Source: Desulfosudaceae bacterium (GTDB lineage: Bacteria > Desulfobacterota > Desulfobacteria > Desulfobacterales > Desulfosudaceae). Taken from it: a stretch of DNA of 64,000 bases. A program made the position numbers and the translations under genes. The stretch covers positions 544,001 through 608,000 of the forward strand of contig CAXXDV010000001.1 in NCBI GenBank assembly GCA_963674745.2, read 5' to 3'. Below the pieces are notes generated by a model. That model was given only the letters and a program-made list of their open reading frames with translations, had not been told where the DNA came from and ran no database searches. Numbering within the stretch: position 1 is the stretch's first letter; each line of letters begins with the position of its first letter. Below, piece after piece: positions 58,009 through 64,000 of the stretch.

Positions 58009-58389
58009 TTATTTTATTTTTTTTGAAACCCTGTCGTTGAGCTTACCGAGGTACCGCTGTGGCACTTCCATCTCAACGCTTGTTTTGCGAGCCATGTTCA
58101 ATCGGGTAATAAGGAAGTTCAGCTTTTTTGTTATCCGGTATTGTTCTTCAACATCTTTTACACCGGAAAGGAGATCTTCAGTACGCTTGATTTCATTACG
58201 CAACTCAATCTCCGGAGGAAGACAATCGGCATTTTTCAAAATTTTATACGCCATGCGAAGATCTTCCGGGATATGACGATCATCCGACAGCACAAGGGGT
58301 TTGCCGGAACCAGGAAGGTCTTCAAAAGCGCCTTCCTTTCGGGCTTGTTCAATTCGCTGCTCGACTATTCTTGAAAATCCGGGCAACAT
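58009..58389 (-). CDS. DUF1992 family protein
   Basis: IVEQRIEQA...GAFEDLPGSGKPL, RMAYKILKNA..LPPE. Confidence 0.85.
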   Translation of the reverse strand: MLPGFSRIVEQRIEQARKEGAFEDLPGSGKPLVLSDDRHIPEDLRMAYKILKNADCLPPEIELRNEIKRTEDLLSGVKDVEEQYRITKKLNFLITRLNMARKTSVEMEVPQRYLGKLNDRVSKKIK

Positions 58390-58467
58390 AATTGCTTGCC
58401 TGTAGAGTAAAAACGACAGGCTCTTTTGAAAACAATCCAAAAGAGCCTTCACCATTTTCAAAAATTC

Positions 58468-58544
58468 TGGTGGCGATGCAGGGACTTGAACCCCGGACAC
58501 TACGGATATGAGCCGTATGCTCTAACCAGCTGAGCTACATCGCC
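58468..58544 (-). tRNA. tRNA with CAT anticodon (probably elongator Met)
   Basis: GGCGATG acceptor with G1-C72 pair (not initiator), TACGG-CTCATAT-CCGTA anticodon arm, GTTCAA, CCA. tRNA-Ile2 is not excluded. Confidence 0.93.
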
Positions 58545-58742
58545 ATTAACTTTAAAACTGATTGTTGCCGGGGGGCGCCGCAAAAAACAAGCACCACCCG
58601 TAAACAAAAAAAAGCAAATACCAGCTTATCCTCTGTTAGTCAAGTATATATATCGAAAAGAGAAAATATTATTTCCCGAAAAGGAGAATAAAACGAATAT
58701 ATCAGAGCCACATCAAACAAAATGGCCGGTGTAAGCTTTTGG

Positions 58743-60515
58743 TTAAGCAACCGGCGATGATCCCGACACCACCACCTCGTATTCAACCAGGTTTTCAGGC
58801 AATTGTGGTATCACAACCATAAAGGGGATCGTCATTCCCGGCTTGACATTGGCGTTCTTGTTGCTGTCACCGTTCTTGACCGCCAGCCTGGCGTCAATAC
58901 CCGCCAGATCTCTTGTCGCCAGGTCCTCATTGGTCAGAATGTTTCCACAATAGGCGGATGATGTCATTTCCAGCTTATGCCCTTCGGAATACAGGTTGGC
59001 CGCGACCTTGATAAACCGCTTTGGTTCCGGTGACTCATTTTTAACACTGCCCTTGATAATAAACAACTTACCATGCTTGGCATTATTGACGAAATCACTC
59101 TGCAGGGTATTTTCCATGACAATTACCTCACCGCTGCTGCGGGCGGGAACCGCTTTTTCACCACCGCCGAGCAATGAAGAAATACCACCCATCTGTGTTT
59201 CTATATACCAGTAACCACCGGCACCCAGAGCAATCAGTGTCAAAACAATAATCAGCCCAATAATCAGTCCTTTTTTGGATGATTTTTCGCCTTCTTTTTT
59301 CTTTTTCTTCTTCTCTTTTTTCTTCTTTTCTTTTTTCTTCTTTTCTTTCTTTTGCTTTTTGCCTTTTTTACCCTTGACGACGGTTTCTTCCCCTGCTTCG
59401 ACTTCTTCCTCTTCTTCCTCTTCTTCGTCTCCGTCCAGATCCAGTTCTATGGTTTCTTCATCTTCACCGACAGCCAGCATTTCTTCGATATCGGAAAAGT
59501 CTTCTTCGTCACCTAAATCCATCTCTTCGTCAAGGTCTTCGTCTTCATCATCATCCGCCAGTTCCAGCTCAACATCTTCCGGCTCTTCATCCCCTGAATC
59601 GTCATCAGGCTCAAGCAGTTCCATCTCTATGGTCTGCTCCAGATCCGCCAGATCAATCTCCTGTTGCTGGATGCTGCCGCCGGCCCCATCGTCCTCATCA
59701 AGGCCCAGGTTAAAATCCAGATCATCCTTCGAAACTTCAACGGTTTGCATAACAGAAGTGTCATCATCGGCGTCAAGCAGGCTATCTACCTCGGAGAAGT
59801 CGAGCTCTTCACTTTCATCATCATCCAGGGACAGCTCCAGGTCATCGGCGTCGACATCTTCATCCGACTCATCATCATCCAGCCCCAGTTCCATATCATC
59901 TTCATCATCTTCGTCATCATCCAGGGACAGTTCCATATCGCCGGAAGCACCTGAGGGCTCGGTTTCCAGATCAAGCTCATCATCCTCATCGTCATCCCCA
60001 TCATCATCCAGAGACAACTCCATGTCACCGGATGCACCTGAAGGCTGGATGTCGGTATCTTCCTCAATATCCAAATCCAGATCAAGTCCACCGTCATCTT
60101 CATCCATTGACAAATCCAGATCATCGGATTCCTCAGCCTCAGGGGTTTCGTCGATCTCGAGATCAAGTTCTGGCTCGGGTTCGGGCTCGGGCGCCTTGGC
60201 CGGGGGAGTCTCTCTTTTGGGTGGCGGTTCAACGGATGAGGGATAGGCTAAAAATATATGCTTGCATTTTGAACAACGGACTTTTGACCCATCCGGCTTC
60301 AAAAGGCTGCTCTTCATATTAAAACCGGCGCCGCACTGTTCACAGGTAATCAGTTCGGTTTCGGCCGGTTTTTTTACCGGCACTTTTTCCCCGGGAGGAA
60401 AGGCGCGGAAAATGTGCTTACATTTTGAGCATTGCAGCTTTGTGCCGCCGGGTTTTAACAGCTTATCGTCAAGTTTAAAGCTTTTCCCGCATTTTTCACA
60501 GGTAATGATCATCAC
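58743..60515 (-). CDS. Double MJ0042-type zinc-ribbon / acidic linker / TM / DUF3426-like protein
   Basis: Two C..C...C..C ribbons, about 270-aa D/E-rich tract, poly-Lys, TM helix, C-terminal LFIIKG.VKN...PFMVV. Confidence 0.8.
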   Translation of the reverse strand: MMIITCEKCGKSFKLDDKLLKPGGTKLQCSKCKHIFRAFPPGEKVPVKKPAETELITCEQCGAGFNMKSSLLKPDGSKVRCSKCKHIFLAYPSSVEPPPKRETPPAKAPEPEPEPELDLEIDETPEAEESDDLDLSMDEDDGGLDLDLDIEEDTDIQPSGASGDMELSLDDDGDDDEDDELDLETEPSGASGDMELSLDDDEDDEDDMELGLDDDESDEDVDADDLELSLDDDESEELDFSEVDSLLDADDDTSVMQTVEVSKDDLDFNLGLDEDDGAGGSIQQQEIDLADLEQTIEMELLEPDDDSGDEEPEDVELELADDDEDEDLDEEMDLGDEEDFSDIEEMLAVGEDEETIELDLDGDEEEEEEEEVEAGEETVVKGKKGKKQKKEKKKKEKKKKEKKKKKKEGEKSSKKGLIIGLIIVLTLIALGAGGYWYIETQMGGISSLLGGGEKAVPARSSGEVIVMENTLQSDFVNNAKHGKLFIIKGSVKNESPEPKRFIKVAANLYSEGHKLEMTSSAYCGNILTNEDLATRDLAGIDARLAVKNGDSNKNANVKPGMTIPFMVVIPQLPENLVEYEVVVSGSSPVA

Positions 60516-60905
60516 ATTCCCTCTTCAAATAATTGTTAAACGCGACAAATCCATCTCAAGCCCCGGTATGCTTCAGCCTGCAAAACTCCGCAATCGACAA
60601 AAAGATACGGGCATTAATCTATTTCAAAAGCGATGCTTTTATACAAACCATATAAGCTTCTTATATCAGAAATAATTTTCTTTGTGAACCGGATATTCAT
60701 CCAAACCCTTAACCATTATGTGCGTCAGAAATTTTTCCCGTTCTTCAAAAACGCACCATGGTTTTTTGACAAACCCCTTCCCCGAACAAACAAACGCAAA
60801 CGCTGTTTTACGATTCTTTTATTTATCGCACACAATAATTTGATTTGTCAATATTGATGGGCTGTTATTTTACCAGAAAGGCTCGAAAACAGTTCCGAAA
60901 AGGGA

Positions 60906-61838
60906 TCAAAGTCCTGTCTCAGCCAGTTCTTTTACCAGTTCTTTCTGCTTTTTCGTCAATTTTGCCGGTAAGCCAACCGCTATTTCCACGTACAGGTCTC
61001 CCCGACCGCTCCCCTTCATATGAGGGATCCCCTGTCCCGCCAGACGCAGTTTACTTTTATGTTTTGTTCCAGCCGGGACCTTCAGGTTCAACTCGCCCCC
61101 CGTTACGGACGGCACGGTGACCGTGGTTCCCAGCAGGGCATCACTGAGTTTAATCGTTTTTTTAACATAAAGGTCAACACCATCAAGCTGGTAATCAGCC
61201 GTATCGACGATTTTCGACCTTATGTAAAGATCACCGGGAGGCCCGCCATAAGCACCGGCCGCGCCTTTACCGGCCAGACGAATTTTTTTTCCGGTGATCA
61301 TTCCTTTGGGGATTTTGACATTAACCTTTTCGGCCTGCCTGCCATGCCCCAGAGAAACAGACTTGGTCGTACCGGACACAATCTCCGCCAGGGTCAACGG
61401 CAACTCATAAACCAGGTCCTCGCCTTTTAATTGTGGCTGTTGTTTGGCACCGCCAAAAGGAGAGCCGCCACCGTCAAAAGAAAATCGCATACGACCACCA
61501 CGACCGCCGCCGCCAAAGAACCCGCCACCGCTGCCACCGAAGCCGAATTCTTTTAAAATATCTGACATATCAAAGCCCTGAAAAATATCTTCCTGGGAAT
61601 ATCTCTGATGAAAGCCCTGATCACCAAAGGTGTCGTACTGCTTCCGTTTTTCTTTGTCCTTTAAAACCGCATAGGCCTCGCTGATTTTTTTAAACTTCTC
61701 CTCGGCCTCTTTCTTGTCGTCTCCCTGATAATGATCCGGGTGATATTTCATGGCCAGTTTTCGATAGGCCTTCTTTATCTCTTCGTCCGAGGCTTTTTTA
61801 TCGACTCCGAGCGTTTTATAATAATCGTTTTCTGCCAT
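60906..61838 (-). CDS. Class B J-domain co-chaperone (CbpA/DnaJ-like, no Zn finger)
   Basis: [13 protein letters not shown]-rich region, C-terminal DnaJ domain. Confidence 0.92.
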   Translation of the reverse strand: MAENDYYKTLGVDKKASDEEIKKAYRKLAMKYHPDHYQGDDKKEAEEKFKKISEAYAVLKDKEKRKQYDTFGDQGFHQRYSQEDIFQGFDMSDILKEFGFGGSGGGFFGGGGRGGRMRFSFDGGGSPFGGAKQQPQLKGEDLVYELPLTLAEIVSGTTKSVSLGHGRQAEKVNVKIPKGMITGKKIRLAGKGAAGAYGGPPGDLYIRSKIVDTADYQLDGVDLYVKKTIKLSDALLGTTVTVPSVTGGELNLKVPAGTKHKSKLRLAGQGIPHMKGSGRGDLYVEIAVGLPAKLTKKQKELVKELAETGL

Positions 61839-62059
61839 GGTACACCTTTTACGTCTCGTTAAACATGTTTTGACTTAAAACCAACAAACACCCTCTACTT
61901 TCAGAAACTTATCCATGTTTATATAAAATAGGCCGGAAGAGTGCCCATGTCAAGTCAACAAAACCCTTCATCCGGGTTATTTTGTTGTTATCATGCCGGT
62001 TTCCATCGGTTCTGGCCCGGTGTTAATGCCGGCGTTTTACGTCATCGACCGGGGACGAT

Positions 62060-62099
62060 AAAAAAACCGCCGACAGAATAAAGTCTGTCGGCGGTTTTT
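62060..62099 (-). terminator. Rho-independent terminator after etfA (may be bidirectional)
   Basis: AAAAACCGCCGACAGA-loop-TCTGTCGGCGGTTTTT. Confidence 0.85.
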
Positions 62100-62155
62100 G
62101 GATTAAATCATATCCGGTTTGCGTCAAACCGGATGTATCATTGAGCAACCCGCTG

Positions 62156-63115
62156 TCAACCTTCCTGGATCTTCTCGGTCAGTGCCGGCATGACTTCCAG
62201 GATATCGGCCACGACGCCGATATCAGCCACCTGAAAAATCGGGGCCTTGGGGTTCTTGTTCACGGCGATGATAAAACCGCCCTTGATACCGCCCAGGTGC
62301 TGGAAGGAACCGCTGATCCCCATGGCCATATAGACATTGGGCTTAACGGTCTGGCCGGAGGTTCCGACCTGGCGGGATTTTTCCAGCCATTTGGCGTCAA
62401 CAATCGGCCGGGAGCAGGATACGACCGCGCCCATGGCGTCAGCCAGTTCCTGTGCGACCTCAATGTTTTCTTCTTCCTCAATACCGCGACCGATGGATAC
62501 CAGCACATCCGACTTGGTAATGTCAACATCGCCGGCTTCGGCTTCGACAACTTCAAGGAATGTCCGTTTAACGCTCACATCACCGGCATCTGCCGTCTTA
62601 TCGACGACACTGCCGCCGGCGCTCTTGCTTTCGTCCGCCTCAAAGCTGCCGGGACGAACCGTAATGACAGCGCCTGAAGCGATGTCGCAATTGACATGTG
62701 TGCTGACCTGGCCGCCGAACTCCTGGCGGACCGTTTTCAATGTCGAACCGTCAACGCCATCGATACCAACGACATCGGGCACATAGGGTGAGTCCATCTT
62801 AATCGACAGGCCGGGGCCAAGGTCCATGGAAAACGTATCATGCGCCATAAGCACGATGGCGTCCTTCGGCAGGGCATTGACCAGCATGCCCCGGATAATT
62901 TCAGCGTTGGGATAAGCTACCGTGTCTTTATCAATTTTCCAGACTTCCTTGTAAGAAGCCGCCATTTCATTACAGACCGCGTCTACGCCGGATCCGACCA
63001 CAATGGCGTTGACATCGGCGCCGGCATCAATCTTTTTTGCCACGGTCGCAAGCTCCAGAGCGGCATCATCCGCTACTCCATCCTTATATGAAATATATGC
63101 AAAAATCTGCGCCAT
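62156..63115 (-). CDS. etfA: Electron transfer flavoprotein alpha subunit
   Basis: VSIGRGI, SRP.VD, QVG.SGQTV.P, GISGS.QH, VNK.PKAPIF. Confidence 0.95.
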   Translation of the reverse strand: MAQIFAYISYKDGVADDAALELATVAKKIDAGADVNAIVVGSGVDAVCNEMAASYKEVWKIDKDTVAYPNAEIIRGMLVNALPKDAIVLMAHDTFSMDLGPGLSIKMDSPYVPDVVGIDGVDGSTLKTVRQEFGGQVSTHVNCDIASGAVITVRPGSFEADESKSAGGSVVDKTADAGDVSVKRTFLEVVEAEAGDVDITKSDVLVSIGRGIEEEENIEVAQELADAMGAVVSCSRPIVDAKWLEKSRQVGTSGQTVKPNVYMAMGISGSFQHLGGIKGGFIIAVNKNPKAPIFQVADIGVVADILEVMPALTEKIQEG

Positions 63116-63906
63116 TATTTGATCCCTCCTTTGGCCTTTAAGATTTCAACCAGTTTTTCCACGATCTCTTCGGTGCTGCCTTCAATCATTTCAGCGCCCT
63201 CACCCATCTCCGGGACGAAATAATCGGCCCGCTTGACAATGGCTCCGGCAGCGCCGACAGCACCGGCATCCACACCGAGATCACCCGCGCCCATGGCGGG
63301 AATTTCAACGGAAGCGACTTTGCGGATACCACGAATACCGACATAGCGGGGTTCATTGATACCGGTCTGAATGGAAAGCACGCAAGGCAGTTCAATTTCA
63401 CTCATTTCCTGGTTACCGCCTTCGATTTCGCGCCCCACCTTCAACTTTTTATCATCTACCACCTCGATCAGGTTGACCAGAGAGGCGTAGGGTAAATCCA
63501 TCAACGCAGCCAGCATACCGCCCACCTGAGCAGCGCCGTCATCCGCCTGGGCACCGGTCATAATCAGGTCGTAATTCCCTTTTTCGGCCACGCCTTTTAA
63601 AATTGTGGCCAGCCCTTTTCCATCGGACCCTTCAAAAGCATCGTCCGTGGCCAGAATACCTTTTTCAGCACCCATGGCCATTTCCCGGCGCAGAACCTCT
63701 TCAGCGTCTTCGTCACCAACAGTAACCACGGTAACGCTGCCGCCGACCCGGTCAACGATTTGAATGGCTTCTTCCACAGCATAGTTGTCCCACTCATTGA
63801 CCGAATAAACCAGATCCTCACATTCAATGTCATTGCCGGCACCGTTGAGGCAAATCTCGTTTTCCTCGGTGTCCGGGACCCTTTTCACACAGACTAAAAT
63901 TTCCAT
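63115..63906 (-). CDS. etfB: Electron transfer flavoprotein beta subunit
   Basis: LVCVKRVPD, NEWDNYAVEEA, GAQADD, REIEGG, NEPRY. Confidence 0.95.
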   Translation of the reverse strand: MEILVCVKRVPDTEENEICLNGAGNDIECEDLVYSVNEWDNYAVEEAIQIVDRVGGSVTVVTVGDEDAEEVLRREMAMGAEKGILATDDAFEGSDGKGLATILKGVAEKGNYDLIMTGAQADDGAAQVGGMLAALMDLPYASLVNLIEVVDDKKLKVGREIEGGNQEMSEIELPCVLSIQTGINEPRYVGIRGIRKVASVEIPAMGAGDLGVDAGAVGAAGAIVKRADYFVPEMGEGAEMIEGSTEEIVEKLVEILKAKGGIK

Positions 63907-64000
63907 TTTTATCCTCCTGACTGTTATTTCCGATTACCAAACCCAAACTTACTGTTGGCTCTTTTCCGTGTTGACGATTTTATCAACAGGCGTATTATCC

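Noticed and set aside
54341..58544. Genomic island between the two tRNAs
   Set aside because: Only housekeeping genes lie between them, with no integrase or duplicated tRNA 3' end.
59275..60246. 323-aa Ser-rich plus-strand ORF
   Set aside because: Antisense shadow of the acidic low-complexity tract.
63947..64000. 3' end of an upstream minus-strand CDS
   Set aside because: Too short to identify from the window.

Overview
This window looks like a chromosome segment of a sulfate-reducing Desulfobacterota bacterium, probably Desulfobacterales (inferred from qrcABCD, a purD-purE fusion and the gene content). It has two halves. The first (about 1-37.2 kb) is an accessory catabolic and regulatory region. 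It holds an SCP2 / ferredoxin / AprA-like flavoprotein / PhlG-like hydrolase operon, an aminotransferase-GNAT-TetR unit, a cytoplasmic Mo/W-bisPGD enzyme, and a CoA-dependent operon (Cys-less thiolase fold, DUF35, hydratase, ACAD, CoA ligase, amidohydrolase, OYE). It also carries three orphan TRAP DctP-like proteins with a shared extra N-terminal domain, two MerR-TetR fusion regulators, two tandem sigma54 activators, a secreted esterase and several gene remnants. Two stray integron-type cassettes (ORF + attC, no integrase in the window) lie here, and one cleanly splits a molybdoenzyme remnant. The second half (about 37.2-64 kb) is core genome: murA, qrcABCD with a downstream 56-aa membrane ORF absent from the ORF track, two YkgJ proteins, an HsdR_N/SeqA-like protein, dGTPase, deaminase, hemW, a four-subunit 2-oxoacid:ferredoxin oxidoreductase, radical SAM, tRNA-Leu, tRNA-Met, tsaC, purDE, ddl, a DUF3426 protein, a CbpA-like J protein and etfBA. 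All family calls come from reading motifs by eye; no database searches were run.
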